NCBI GenBank assembly: GCA_020724845.1
Contig: DYGE01000005.1
Span: 6,116 to 70,115 of the forward strand
Direction: 5' to 3'
Source: Candidatus Paceibacter sp.
GTDB lineage: Bacteria > Patescibacteriota > Minisyncoccia > UBA6257 > 02-FULL-45-10c
DNA: 64,000 nt
Position 1 is the first letter of the stretch. Each line of letters starts with the position of its first letter. The notes beneath the pieces were generated by a model. It was not told the DNA's origin. It ran no database searches and saw only the letters and a list, made by a program, of their open reading frames with translations. The translations under genes were made by a program, and so were the position numbers. Positions 31,025 to 40,362 of this stretch are shown in pieces.

Positions 31025-32182
31025 CTAATTTCTGATTCCTGATTCAATAATATCACGATAAACCACAACACTCCGCCTAACTTTTCTTTCCATTGTTTTG
31101 TAATCCACCTCAATTAGGCCAAACCTTGGCCCGAAGCCCTTGTCCCACTCAAAGTTATCTATCAGCGACCAATGGAGGTATCCCCGCACGTCCACGCCTT
31201 CATCTTTTGCCTTTTTCATCCATGCAACATGTTCCTTTATGAATTGGGCGCGTTTTTCATCTTTGGCGTCGGCAAGGCCGTTTTCGGTGATGTAAATCGG
31301 CTTGTTGTATTTTCTTAGGTCTTTTAGAACGCGGCATAACCCCTCCGGATAAATCTCCCAGCCGAGGTCAGAAACATTCCGGTTTTCATTTTGGTTAAAC
31401 TTGAATCCCTTGATTCGATTATGAAAATAGTAATTAAAGCCGACAAAATCTTGATAATTCCGTATCTTGTTCAAAAACCTCTTATTCCACCACCAGTCGG
31501 CGCCCCATTTCAACAAAAAATTCCACGGATTATAGCCGGCCGCTTCAAAGTAAGTGTTATTTTTCGCGACTCCGACTTGCGCGGAAGAGATATTGCTATG
31601 GATTATTTTGTAAGCCAGCTTATGAGCTTTGGCCAAATTGCGGATGGCTCCTAAATAGCCCAAAAAAGATCTTTTCTGCGGGGGCCACAAACCTCTCAAA
31701 TAGGCGTTCATCGCATAAATCATAGGCTCATTTATAGTCACCCAGTATTTTATTTCGGGAAAGCTTCTGGAAAGGACTTCTGAATATCTCTCAAAGTATT
31801 TTAAATTTTCTTTATTCTCAAAACCGCCAAGTTTGGAGAACCAGATCGGATTAGTAAAGTGCCAAAGAGTTACAAACGGCTCTAAGCCGTTTTCCCGAAG
31901 GGAAGCAAAGACTTTTTTATAATGCTCGATTTCCTTTATATCAAACTTCCCCTCCTCCGGCTCTACCCGCGCCCACTCAATGGAAAGGCGATGCGCATTA
32001 TGGCCAAGTTTTTTTGCTAAATCAAAATCTTCTTTGAACCGATTATGATGATCAGAAGCTTCGCCGGCGTCAAAGCCCGCGGCGGACCAATCATTTTTAA
32101 TTCCACCCTCAACTTGATAGGCGGAAGTGGCCGCGCCCCAAAAGAAATTATTATCGTTCTTCATCCAGATTTTTTCTTTCAT
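31025..32182 (-). CDS. GH1 beta-glucosidase
   Basis: FFWGAATSAYQVEGG (GH1 N-terminal signature), TINEP, IYITENG (nucleophile motif). Start trimmed to MKEKIW/MKNDNN to limit overlap with the upstream gene. Confidence 0.85.
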   Translation of the reverse strand: MKEKIWMKNDNNFFWGAATSAYQVEGGIKNDWSAAGFDAGEASDHHNRFKEDFDLAKKLGHNAHRLSIEWARVEPEEGKFDIKEIEHYKKVFASLRENGLEPFVTLWHFTNPIWFSKLGGFENKENLKYFERYSEVLSRSFPEIKYWVTINEPMIYAMNAYLRGLWPPQKRSFLGYLGAIRNLAKAHKLAYKIIHSNISSAQVGVAKNNTYFEAAGYNPWNFLLKWGADWWWNKRFLNKIRNYQDFVGFNYYFHNRIKGFKFNQNENRNVSDLGWEIYPEGLCRVLKDLRKYNKPIYITENGLADAKDEKRAQFIKEHVAWMKKAKDEGVDVRGYLHWSLIDNFEWDKGFGPRFGLIEVDYKTMERKVRRSVVVYRDIIESGIRN

Positions 32183-32603
32183 CAACCTCCGCCGCCACAG
32201 AATCCAAAAAAGCGCCAACTTTAGCCCTGTCCATTCCTGATAAAATTCCTTTCATCTTATTAATCTGGCCTTCTATCTCCCCAATCTGTTTCTTATATGC
32301 CAAGGCTCTGTTCGGATCCGAATCTTTAATCTTCTCCAAGATGGCTGCTTTACTATCTCTCATTGCCAAAGCATGTTCAAGCAACCCCCTAAGGCGCGTT
32401 TCAAATTCTGCTTCCGGCAGATACGCCATGCCTTTATCTCGCGCTTTTTCGGCCGAGGGGTAAACTTCTTCTGGTGAAAGCTTGCCTTCCTTGGCGAGCT
32501 TTCTGCGCATAGCCAAAGCGGCAGCCATCTTTTCTTCCATATCCTTAAGCTCGCCCGAGGAAAGATTGTTCTCCTTATTCGGTTTCTCTTTTCCGAAAGC
32601 CAT
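32151..32603 (-). CDS. Hypothetical coiled-coil protein
   Basis: 150-aa ORF with charged, helical character, tightly packed after pheT. Confidence 0.5.
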   Translation of the reverse strand: MAFGKEKPNKENNLSSGELKDMEEKMAAALAMRRKLAKEGKLSPEEVYPSAEKARDKGMAYLPEAEFETRLRGLLEHALAMRDSKAAILEKIKDSDPNRALAYKKQIGEIEGQINKMKGILSGMDRAKVGAFLDSVAAEVDERKNLDEER

Positions 32604-34549
32604 TACCTTAGCTCAACGTTAAGCTTATCAATTAATGTTTTAGTTATGACTGACATTTCTTTATCAACCTCGGAATCTTTCAAAGTGCGGTCCTCCGCCT
32701 GAAAGACTATTCTGAAAGTTAAACTCTTCCTTCGCGCATCAGGCCGCGCGCCGCGCTCCAGAGTGGTATGCTTGGCTGGCGGCGCTTCGTAGTAATCCAG
32801 CAAATCAACATCTCTGACCAGTTTTAGGCTGGTTCGCTGAATCAAAGAAAGAATGTCCCCGACGCGCGCTTTTTGAGGGACAAAAAGAGAGATGTCTCGA
32901 ACAACCGCCGGATACTTGGGGATCGCCTTGAATTCTCTGTCTTCCAGCTCGGCTCCTAGCAATTCACCTAAATCCAATTCCAGAACCGAGGCGTCTTTTG
33001 GATCTTGGGAAATCGCCAATCGTCCGACTACCTTAGTTCCAATTTCAAAACGCAACCCGCCCCCTTCATCAGCGGCCCGGTAATCGGTGATGCCTAAATT
33101 GCCAAAAATCATATCGGCCAATCCCTTGAGTTCCAAGGGCGAATCTTTAGCGGCAATACCCACGCCGAGCATCAGCCGCTCATTCAAAGAACCATCCCGA
33201 ACGGAAAATACTTTTCCGATTTCAAAAATCCGCACGGCGTCAAAAAATCTTAGATTGTCCCGTAAATTTTTAAAGAGATTCGGCGCCAGACTGTCTCGCA
33301 AATGACTGAACTGGCCGCTAATCGGATTCAGGATTTCCTGGGCGCCTTCGCCAACTTCTTCCTTAGAAAGAAATGAATAATTATATACCTCGCTAATGCC
33401 GGCGCCAGTTAATAAAGAGCGAACCCTATCTTTTAGGGTGACCTGCTCCTCTTCTTGGGCGAAGCCCATCGAAACAGTAGGCGCTTGGGCGGTTAAATTA
33501 TCAAATCCGTAAATCCTGGCCACCTCCTCTGCTAAATCCTCAATATTATTTATATCCGATCGTAAAGCCGGCACTTCTACTCTGCTACCAACCTTCTTAA
33601 AGCCAAGTGACTGCAGAGTTTGAAAAACTTCTTTAGCGGCAAATTGGCGCCCGATCATACTGTCAATCTTTTTAATGTCCACTTTCAGTAATTTTCTCGG
33701 TTGTTTTTTTGGATAAACATCAGCTGTTTTATAAACTTTGGCGCCGGCGATTTCCCGCAGGAGCTGAAGCGCCCGCTTCATACCCAATTCCGATAATTCC
33801 GGGCTTAGCTGATGAGAAAACCTGACCGAAGAATCCGTAATCAGTCCCAATTTTCTGGAAGACTGATATATACTCACGCCGTCAAAATTAGCAGCTTCCA
33901 CCAAGATGTGCTTGGTGGAATTTTTAACCTCGCTAAACTTCCCGCCCTTAATGCCGGCAACGGCAAGCGCGGAATCAGAATCGGCAATGACTAAATTGTC
34001 AGGCATTAAGCTTATTTTTTGTTCATCAATAGTTTCAATCTTCTCCCCTTTTTTGGCCGGCCTGACAATAATGCCTCCATTAACTTTATCGGCATCAAAA
34101 GCATGCAACGGCTGACCGACTTCCAGCATCACGTAATTCATAATGTCCACTACGTTATTAATGGAACGCAAACCGCAGGATTCTAAGACCTCTTTCATCC
34201 AGACCGGAGACGGCCCGACTTTGATATTAGAAACATAGGTTGCCATATAACGACGGCACAACTTCTTATCCTTGATGTTCACTGTAAACATGCCGCGCTG
34301 CCTTACATCCGGCTTCAAAGCTTTAACTGTCGGGTCGGCTAATTTAGTGCTCATGACCGCCGACACCTCCCTGGCAATGCCAAGGTGGGACGCCGCGTCA
34401 CTGTATCGGTTGGGAGAAATGGAAATGTCTAAAATATCACCACCGACATCGTCCGTTTCAAAAATATAAAGATTCAGCTTTTCTAGAAGCTGTGATTTGG
34501 TGTACATGCCTGGGGCTAGTTTTTTTATGAGATTATATGAAAATTTCAT
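32603..34549 (-). CDS. pheT: Phenylalanyl-tRNA synthetase beta subunit (short form)
   Basis: B3/4 domain, B5 and the FDAVRIFEIGKVF class II-like core. Confidence 0.85.
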   Translation of the reverse strand: MKFSYNLIKKLAPGMYTKSQLLEKLNLYIFETDDVGGDILDISISPNRYSDAASHLGIAREVSAVMSTKLADPTVKALKPDVRQRGMFTVNIKDKKLCRRYMATYVSNIKVGPSPVWMKEVLESCGLRSINNVVDIMNYVMLEVGQPLHAFDADKVNGGIIVRPAKKGEKIETIDEQKISLMPDNLVIADSDSALAVAGIKGGKFSEVKNSTKHILVEAANFDGVSIYQSSRKLGLITDSSVRFSHQLSPELSELGMKRALQLLREIAGAKVYKTADVYPKKQPRKLLKVDIKKIDSMIGRQFAAKEVFQTLQSLGFKKVGSRVEVPALRSDINNIEDLAEEVARIYGFDNLTAQAPTVSMGFAQEEEQVTLKDRVRSLLTGAGISEVYNYSFLSKEEVGEGAQEILNPISGQFSHLRDSLAPNLFKNLRDNLRFFDAVRIFEIGKVFSVRDGSLNERLMLGVGIAAKDSPLELKGLADMIFGNLGITDYRAADEGGGLRFEIGTKVVGRLAISQDPKDASVLELDLGELLGAELEDREFKAIPKYPAVVRDISLFVPQKARVGDILSLIQRTSLKLVRDVDLLDYYEAPPAKHTTLERGARPDARRKSLTFRIVFQAEDRTLKDSEVDKEMSVITKTLIDKLNVELR

Positions 34550-34556
34550 TTTTTAG

Positions 34557-34630
34557 ATCGTAGGCAGTAGCCCGTAGTTCGTAGAAATCATATTTTTATT
34601 CTACGCCCTACGCTCTACGTACTACACGCT
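34557..34630. repeat. Hairpin-array element D (GTAG x4, loop, CTAC x4) between the pheS stop and the pheT start; a copy of element C
   Basis: atcGTAGgcaGTAGcccGTAGttcGTAGaaatcatatttttattCTACgccCTACgctCTACgtaCTACa. The first 30 nt are near-identical to 17032-17060, including the junction with the start codon. Confidence 0.75.
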
Positions 34631-34633
34631 ATT

Positions 34634-35713
34634 TCAGAATTGTTTAATAAACCTCAAATCTCCCGAATAAAATAAACGGATATCCGGAATATTATATTTA
34701 ATCATTGCAATTCGTTCCAGGCCTAGGCCGAAAGCGAAACCTTGCAAATCGCGGGGATTGTAGCCAGCCGCCTCAAAAACCCGCGGATGCACCATGCCCG
34801 CTCCCATAACCTCAAGCCAACCGGAATTCTTGCAGATATTACAGCCATTGCCGCCGCACTTCACGCACTGAATATCAACTTCCAACCCAGGCTCAACGAA
34901 AGGAAAATAACTCGGTCGGAGCCGAATGGAAAGTTTTCTTTTAAATAACCTCTGGAAAAATTCTCGAATGACGAACTTGAAATTCGCCAGATTCGCGTCT
35001 TTGCCGACCATGAGCCCCTCAACCTGATGGAAATTAGTTTCATGGGAAGCGTCAGTCGCCTCATAGCGGAATACTCTTCCAGGAACAATAATCTGAAACG
35101 GAGGCTTGTGCTGCTCCATATACCGCACTTGCACTGGACTCGTGTGAGTCCGAAGTAACAACCTTTCGCCGCCGCCTTGCCGTTTTGTTCTTTTGTTCTT
35201 TTGTTCTTTTGTTCTTCCGTCATTTTGGCGTAGCCAAAATGTATCCCACATATCCCGAGCCGGATGGTCTTTGGGTATGTTAAGAGCGTCAAAATTATAA
35301 TAATCGCTCTCCGCCTCCGGGCCTTCTACCACCGAGAAATTCAAAGATTTAAAAATTTCCCTTATCTCCTTTTCTACTGACGTCAGCGGATGCAGACTGC
35401 CGCGCTGAACCTTTCTGCCGGGCCTAGTTAAATCAATATCAGCTTGTAGCTTGTGGCTTGCAGCTTGCAGAGACTTCAACTTTTCGCTAAGGGCAGATTC
35501 TATTTCTTGGCGAAGAGCGTTAGCGAGCGGGCCAATCTTCTTTTTTTCAGCGATGCTAAAATCTTTTAAAGAACGCAAAATCTTGGTGAGTTCTCCTTCT
35601 TTCCTGCCTAGGAACTTAACCCTCAAAGATTCTAAAGAAGCGGCATCCGCCGCGGCTTTAATGCTCTTAAGCGCATCCTCTCTCAACCTTTTTATATCAA
35701 TATCCTTAGTCAT
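34634..35713 (-). CDS. pheS: Phenylalanyl-tRNA synthetase alpha subunit
   Basis: Class II motifs FPFVEPGLEVDI, GAGMVHPRV. Contains an internal (TTTTGTTC)x4 microsatellite at 35170-35215. Confidence 0.9.
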   Translation of the reverse strand: MTKDIDIKRLREDALKSIKAAADAASLESLRVKFLGRKEGELTKILRSLKDFSIAEKKKIGPLANALRQEIESALSEKLKSLQAASHKLQADIDLTRPGRKVQRGSLHPLTSVEKEIREIFKSLNFSVVEGPEAESDYYNFDALNIPKDHPARDMWDTFWLRQNDGRTKEQKNKRTKRQGGGERLLLRTHTSPVQVRYMEQHKPPFQIIVPGRVFRYEATDASHETNFHQVEGLMVGKDANLANFKFVIREFFQRLFKRKLSIRLRPSYFPFVEPGLEVDIQCVKCGGNGCNICKNSGWLEVMGAGMVHPRVFEAAGYNPRDLQGFAFGLGLERIAMIKYNIPDIRLFYSGDLRFIKQF

Positions 35714-35725
35714 AGTTTCCTATGT

Positions 35726-36322
35726 TTAAAATATACTTAAAACAATTTGATAATCCTTAACTTTATCTCCGGAAGTTATTTTAAATTTAATTTCGTAGTC
35801 GCCTCCCCTCTTCCAGCTGTGCGAAACTACTAGTTCTTTGCCGACGCCCAAATTGCCTTTATCTTTTTCTCCATCCCGCCAATCAATTTCATACGAAGCG
35901 CTTTGAAGTTCTCGGTTCTTAATTGAGAAATATGCCGGCGTATCGGCCGGAATGGCAAAGATCACCGGCGAAGCTTCCTCTGTTTTCGGCGGAACTCCAT
36001 GAATGTCCACCCCCAAGCTTTCTCCGAAATTTTCTAGCTTTGTATTTAATGAGTTCTTTAAAAATTCAAAGGTGCTCTCTTTCAGTTTATTCTCCAGTTT
36101 GGCGGCCGCCTCTTCTCCTTTCTGCGCCGCCGAGCCGATTATTTTCGGAATCACGGCTTTTATTCCGTCTACCGCCGCGCTTAATGACCCAGTAAGCGCC
36201 TCCCGCTCTTCATGGCGCATATCCGGGAAAGTATAGCTGGAAGTATTGTCTTTTGAAAAAAGATAGTACGAGGCCCCAGCTATCAAAAAAATCCAAAATA
36301 GAATACGGAATAGCTTTGCCAT
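35726..36322 (-). CDS. Hypothetical secreted/membrane-anchored protein
   Basis: N-terminal TM MAKLFRILFWIFLIAGASYYLF. Confidence 0.5.
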   Translation of the reverse strand: MAKLFRILFWIFLIAGASYYLFSKDNTSSYTFPDMRHEEREALTGSLSAAVDGIKAVIPKIIGSAAQKGEEAAAKLENKLKESTFEFLKNSLNTKLENFGESLGVDIHGVPPKTEEASPVIFAIPADTPAYFSIKNRELQSASYEIDWRDGEKDKGNLGVGKELVVSHSWKRGGDYEIKFKITSGDKVKDYQIVLSIF

Positions 36323-36362
36323 CTATAACTTATTATAAAAGATTTTTGCTTTCTTTTAAATG

Positions 36363-36434
36363 TGCCTGTGGGAGGGATCGAACCTCCGACCTCGGCCTTA
36401 TGAAGACCTCGCTCTACCACTGAGCTACACAGGC
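36363..36434 (-). tRNA. tRNA-Met (CAT) elongator type (or tRNA-Ile2/lysidine)
   Basis: Cloverleaf GCCTGTG-TA-GCTC-AGTGGTA-GAGC-G-AGGTC-TTCATAA-GGCCG-AGGTC-GGAGG-TTCGATC-CCTCC-CACAGGC-A. G1:C72 paired. CCA not encoded. Confidence 0.8.
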
Positions 36435-36517
36435 ATAGGTATTTTCTTAATTTAAATTAAATTTTAAAATAATATGCCATTTTTTACAACTACTTATAGT
36501 TTATCACGGCGCCGAAT

Positions 36518-36553
36518 TAAAAATCCCGCTCCGTTATTTAACGGAGCGGGATT
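36518..36553 (-). terminator. Intrinsic terminator after the GLUG protein gene
   Basis: aaaaATCCCGCTCCGTTAtttAACGGAGCGGGATttt. Confidence 0.65.
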
Positions 36554-36565
36554 TCGCGACAAACC

Positions 36566-39106
36566 TTATTTTTTGAAAGAGGAAATTGCGCCTCCTATCA
36601 ATAATAACAGTCCGCCTATCAGATAAGGCAAGTTGCCATTAACCGCGTACAGCAATCCCAAAAGGTTGTTTGACCTTATAAATTTATCCATGGTTTCTTT
36701 GGTGCAGCCAAACTTAACTTGACCCTTTTCCTTTCCGGGAGCTTCCTCTAAGATTTGTCCGCAAGTACAGCCCTTAGTTTCGGTCATCCTGTATTTGCTA
36801 TTTACCAATTCTTTTGTTTTCGGATCCCTAGTCTTGAAAAACTCCCCTCCCAACCAAGCATAATGGTTTTCTCTTGGCTCTTCATCCAAAACCGAATTCG
36901 GACACCTATCAAAGAATTTTTCTTTAGCGGAAAGATTCAGCGTCGCTCCTTCTACCTCAAAAGTCACGATATTATTGCTTAAGTTGGTTAAAACAACCTC
37001 TTCTTCCTCTCCTTGAAATTCAACATCTAAAGTTTGACCAGGTTCTAGACTCCCGCCTCCAATTGTCGCACCGGATTCGTCTAAGATCTCGACTTCTACC
37101 GACCCAGGATTATCAAATGGTACGCTCACCGGACTGCCTAAAGTAACGGTCTGGCCCGCGGCAAGATTTACTTTAGTGGCCTTTCCTTTCACAGTAGAGT
37201 TCGGATCTCTTACTTCAATTTTAGGAAATGCCTGTAAGGCGGTCACTGTTATGGAGCCACAGGTTATTATAGCTGATTCACCAGCAGAATCCAACGTGAC
37301 CTCCGCGTTATTTGAGCAACTGATTATGCTCACAGCCGAGGTTCCAGAGCCATTAACAGTTACTAGAACGCCATCGGGAGAAACCGCGTCTTCAACTATT
37401 ACATTCCAGCCGCCACGGTCGGCAATGGCGCCATAGGTAGTTCCGTCATTAAAGTCATTTGAAGCGAACAAGCTCTCATCCGCGCCGGAAGTTTTATTTT
37501 TATCCACACTGTTTGCTATGCCATCGTTATCCGCGTCAGAATCGCAAGCGTCGCCTAATCCGTCAGCATCCTGATCGGCTTGATCGGCATTAGAAATCAA
37601 TGGGCAGTTGTCAGAAGAATCGCCTAGTCCGTCTTCGTCAGAATCGCCAGCGACCCAATTGTGCTCTGCCGGAGTCACATCAACGTTACCAACAGCATCA
37701 GTCGCTCTTACCGAGAAAGAGTGCGGCCCTTCGGAAAGCCCGCTATATGATTGGGGGCTTGCGCAAGAAGAAAATGGACTCAAATCCAGAGAACATTCGA
37801 AGGTCGCTTCCTCATCCGCGGAAAATTCAAAAGTGGCATCTAAGCTTGCAGTAATAGCTGGAGGAGCGGAAGTTATGGTAGTTTCCGGGGCGATAGTGTC
37901 CGCTGGAGTTTCCCAAGAAAGGATGGGAAAGCCGGAACCGCCAGAATTCCAGGCAGCCCCCCAGCTTGCCATTGGTTGATTATTCCCATCATAGAAATAA
38001 CTTTCATTATTCGGAATGGCCGAGCACCCATCTAAAGAAAAGCCATGTCCGGCGCATGCTGCTGGATTGCCGGAGTGGTCATTCCAATAAGAATTGACTA
38101 TTTGTCCTCCACCATTCCAGCCAACGCCAGCCAACCCACCGGCATAGCTGCCTCCAGAAACATTTCCGGTGGCGAAAGAATTTATTATTTTAGAAGTGCC
38201 ATAATAATTATTCGCCTCACCGACTATGCCGCCTCCGGCATAAGCTCCGTTAACATTTCCAGTAGCGAAGGAATCCTCTATAGAGATTAAGCTTACGCCC
38301 ACCAATCCCCCAGCCCTTCCACCTGAAATATTCGCGCTTGAATAAGAATTGGCTATTGATCCGCCGGAGCCATATCCCACCAAGCCGCCTGCGTAAGCTC
38401 CGGAAACATCTCCGGAAGAATTAGAGCTCGATACGCTGCCGCCGCCGAGATAACCGGTTAACCCGCCAACGTATCCGCCAGCCCTAACATTTGTTGACGC
38501 ATAAGAGTTCGTTATTGTCCCGCTGTTTGTTCCAACCAATCCCCCGGCCATATATTGGCTTCCGCTGGTAGCGCCGCTAATGTTTCCAGTAACGTAAGAA
38601 TTGGTTATCGTACCGGCGTTATTTCCCACCAGGCCGCCGACTTCGGTATTGCCGGCAACCTGCGCGTTCTCTAGGCCGACATTTTTTATCTGGGCGCTGC
38701 CGGTAGTGTACCCAAATAATCCAAACCTTTTCCTCTCTCCAACATTGGTTTCCATTCTATAAATGTACAGATTAGTTATTTTATAACCCTGACCATCAAG
38801 AGTGCCGCTAAAGGGAGTGGCCCCCCTGCCAACCGGATCAAAACCGGTATTTCCAACCCATCTTTCAGGATTCCAATTCACTGTATCAGAGCAGTCTATA
38901 TCATTGACTAGAATATAATTAGCGCTTGGGTCATTTTTCATTTCCTGAAGCTCCAAGCAAGTGGAGATCTGGTAAGGATTCCCCGCGCTTCCATCTCCGC
39001 CCGCGAAAGCGCCGACAAAAGCTGGATTTAATAATAAAACCGCAATAGAAGCGGCTGCAAAAACATAAAAAACGACTCTTGAATTAAGCTGATAATTTTT
39101 AAACAT
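36566..39106 (-). CDS. Large surface protein with a GLUG-repeat domain, thrombospondin type-3 calcium-binding repeats and a C-terminal hydrophobic anchor
   Basis: Signal peptide. Repeats of the form (Y/R)AGGLVG ... NSYA(S/T)GNV(S/N)G (GLUG-like). D-rich DxDxDGxxDxxD repeats (DSDEDGLGDSSDNC ... DQDADGLGDACDSDADNDG). C-terminal LIGGLLLLIGGAISSFKK. Confidence 0.65.
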   Translation of the reverse strand: MFKNYQLNSRVVFYVFAAASIAVLLLNPAFVGAFAGGDGSAGNPYQISTCLELQEMKNDPSANYILVNDIDCSDTVNWNPERWVGNTGFDPVGRGATPFSGTLDGQGYKITNLYIYRMETNVGERKRFGLFGYTTGSAQIKNVGLENAQVAGNTEVGGLVGNNAGTITNSYVTGNISGATSGSQYMAGGLVGTNSGTITNSYASTNVRAGGYVGGLTGYLGGGSVSSSNSSGDVSGAYAGGLVGYGSGGSIANSYSSANISGGRAGGLVGVSLISIEDSFATGNVNGAYAGGGIVGEANNYYGTSKIINSFATGNVSGGSYAGGLAGVGWNGGGQIVNSYWNDHSGNPAACAGHGFSLDGCSAIPNNESYFYDGNNQPMASWGAAWNSGGSGFPILSWETPADTIAPETTITSAPPAITASLDATFEFSADEEATFECSLDLSPFSSCASPQSYSGLSEGPHSFSVRATDAVGNVDVTPAEHNWVAGDSDEDGLGDSSDNCPLISNADQADQDADGLGDACDSDADNDGIANSVDKNKTSGADESLFASNDFNDGTTYGAIADRGGWNVIVEDAVSPDGVLVTVNGSGTSAVSIISCSNNAEVTLDSAGESAIITCGSITVTALQAFPKIEVRDPNSTVKGKATKVNLAAGQTVTLGSPVSVPFDNPGSVEVEILDESGATIGGGSLEPGQTLDVEFQGEEEEVVLTNLSNNIVTFEVEGATLNLSAKEKFFDRCPNSVLDEEPRENHYAWLGGEFFKTRDPKTKELVNSKYRMTETKGCTCGQILEEAPGKEKGQVKFGCTKETMDKFIRSNNLLGLLYAVNGNLPYLIGGLLLLIGGAISSFKK

Positions 39107-39240
39107 ATTTTTTATTTAATTATTAATAAATTTAAAGAAAGCGACTTGGAGTTTAATTCTAACATTTTGCTATAAAACTTAAAATGTAAAAGTGTGTATA
39201 AAGTAGGGCGCCTTTCCCAATCTAACCCTCCTCACAAATT

Positions 39241-39265
39241 AAAAAACGGCCAAAGCCGTTTTTTA
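39241..39265 (-). terminator. Intrinsic terminator immediately 3' of tRNA-fMet
   Basis: aaaaaACGGCcaaaGCCGTtttttt. Confidence 0.6.
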
Positions 39266-39270
39266 ATTTG

Positions 39271-39343
39271 TTGCGGGGGTTGGATTCGAACCAACGATCT
39301 TTTGGTTATGAGCCAAACGAGATAACCACTTCTCCACCCCGCG
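39271..39343 (-). tRNA. Initiator tRNA-fMet (CAT)
   Basis: CGCGGGGTGGAGAAGTGGTTATCTCGTTTGGCTCATAACCAAAAGATCGTTGGTTCGAATCCAACCCCCGCAA. Near-identical at both ends to E. coli tRNA-fMet, with a C1xA72 mismatch, the CUCAUAA loop and an A73 discriminator. Confidence 0.85.
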
Positions 39344-39367
39344 ATTATATTATATTGTAAATATAAT

Positions 39368-39814
39368 ATGAACGCAACCCAAACTAAGCTGCTGGGAATC
39401 GCCCGATCCCATCTGGGCGCTCCCTATGTGTATGGAGCCAAACCGGAAGAAATCCCTCAAAAAATGGATTGCTCATCTTTTACTCAATATATTTACAAGC
39501 AAATTGGCATAGATCTGGAAAGAAGCACCATCCTGCAGGCGGCCCATACGGGAGCAGAGATTAAACTTACAACTGACAACTTACAACTGACAACCGCACT
39601 AAGAACCGGCGACCTCTTGTTTTTCCGAGGAACTAGAGGGCATTACAACGATGAATTATTCCCCAACAGGGAAATTTATATAGGCCACGTTGCCATGTAC
39701 ACAGAAGACGAAAAGGCAATCCACGCGAGTTACCCGGAGGGAGTAATTGAACAATCACTCGCTGATATCATTAAAAAAAGAGGTCCGATTGTAATGGCGA
39801 AGAGAGTAATATGA
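39368..39814 (+). CDS. NlpC/P60-family cell-wall peptidase
   Basis: YVYGA...DCSSF (catalytic Cys), GDLLFF...GHVAMY (His). Confidence 0.75.
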   Translation: MNATQTKLLGIARSHLGAPYVYGAKPEEIPQKMDCSSFTQYIYKQIGIDLERSTILQAAHTGAEIKLTTDNLQLTTALRTGDLLFFRGTRGHYNDELFPNREIYIGHVAMYTEDEKAIHASYPEGVIEQSLADIIKKRGPIVMAKRVI

Positions 39815-40362
39815 AAATAAGCCACCTTGTTCCTGCTTATTCCCAAAGAATCCATATTAAAGACCGAAAATGGCAAAATCGGTCTTGCGGTATAGTTTCT
39901 CTGGCAATGGTTCTAAATAGTCTAGGAGGAAATACCACCCTCGGTAAACTGTTAAACATTGGACAAAATCTGAAGTTTACTTATAAGGATAAAAGTTATT
40001 CCGCTTATTCAAAAAAGGGCGGTTGGAATCATTGGGGACTAGTTCGGCTTGCGGAAAAACAGGGTTTTGAGGGGGTGGTGTACGATTGGAATGTTGACAA
40101 TGATGTGTGTAAAAAAATTTCTAAAGCGGAGGCTTTCAAAAAAACCATTCAACACCTGCGGAGATTTCCATTACTCGCCTCGGTGCATAACAGCTTTGAT
40201 AAGGCGCGAGGCGGACACCTCATCGTGCTTATCGGCGCCGATGGCGATAAGCTGCTCTTTAATGATCCTGACGCTAAGACCACAGGCGAAGTGAAAAAAG
40301 AAGTTGCGGTTAATAAGTTTCTTAATGGCTGGAAAAAGAGGATAATTATATTAAAAGCGTGA
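39811..40362 (+). CDS. Peptidase C39-like (papain-fold) domain protein
   Basis: WQNRSCGIVSLAMVLN (Cys) ... GGHLIVLIGADGDKLLFNDP (His). Overlaps nlpC by 4 nt, so it is translationally coupled. Confidence 0.55.
   Translation: MKISHLVPAYSQRIHIKDRKWQNRSCGIVSLAMVLNSLGGNTTLGKLLNIGQNLKFTYKDKSYSAYSKKGGWNHWGLVRLAEKQGFEGVVYDWNVDNDVCKKISKAEAFKKTIQHLRRFPLLASVHNSFDKARGGHLIVLIGADGDKLLFNDPDAKTTGEVKKEVAVNKFLNGWKKRIIILKA

Noticed and set aside
34861-35292. 143-aa alternative-frame ORF inside pheS
   Set aside because: It is embedded in the same strand of a well-supported pheS frame, and the microsatellite creates an open alternative frame.
36363-36434. Assigning the first CAT tRNA as tRNA-Ile2 versus Met
   Set aside because: This cannot be distinguished from sequence alone. 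It is reported as tRNA-Met (CAT), elongator type.
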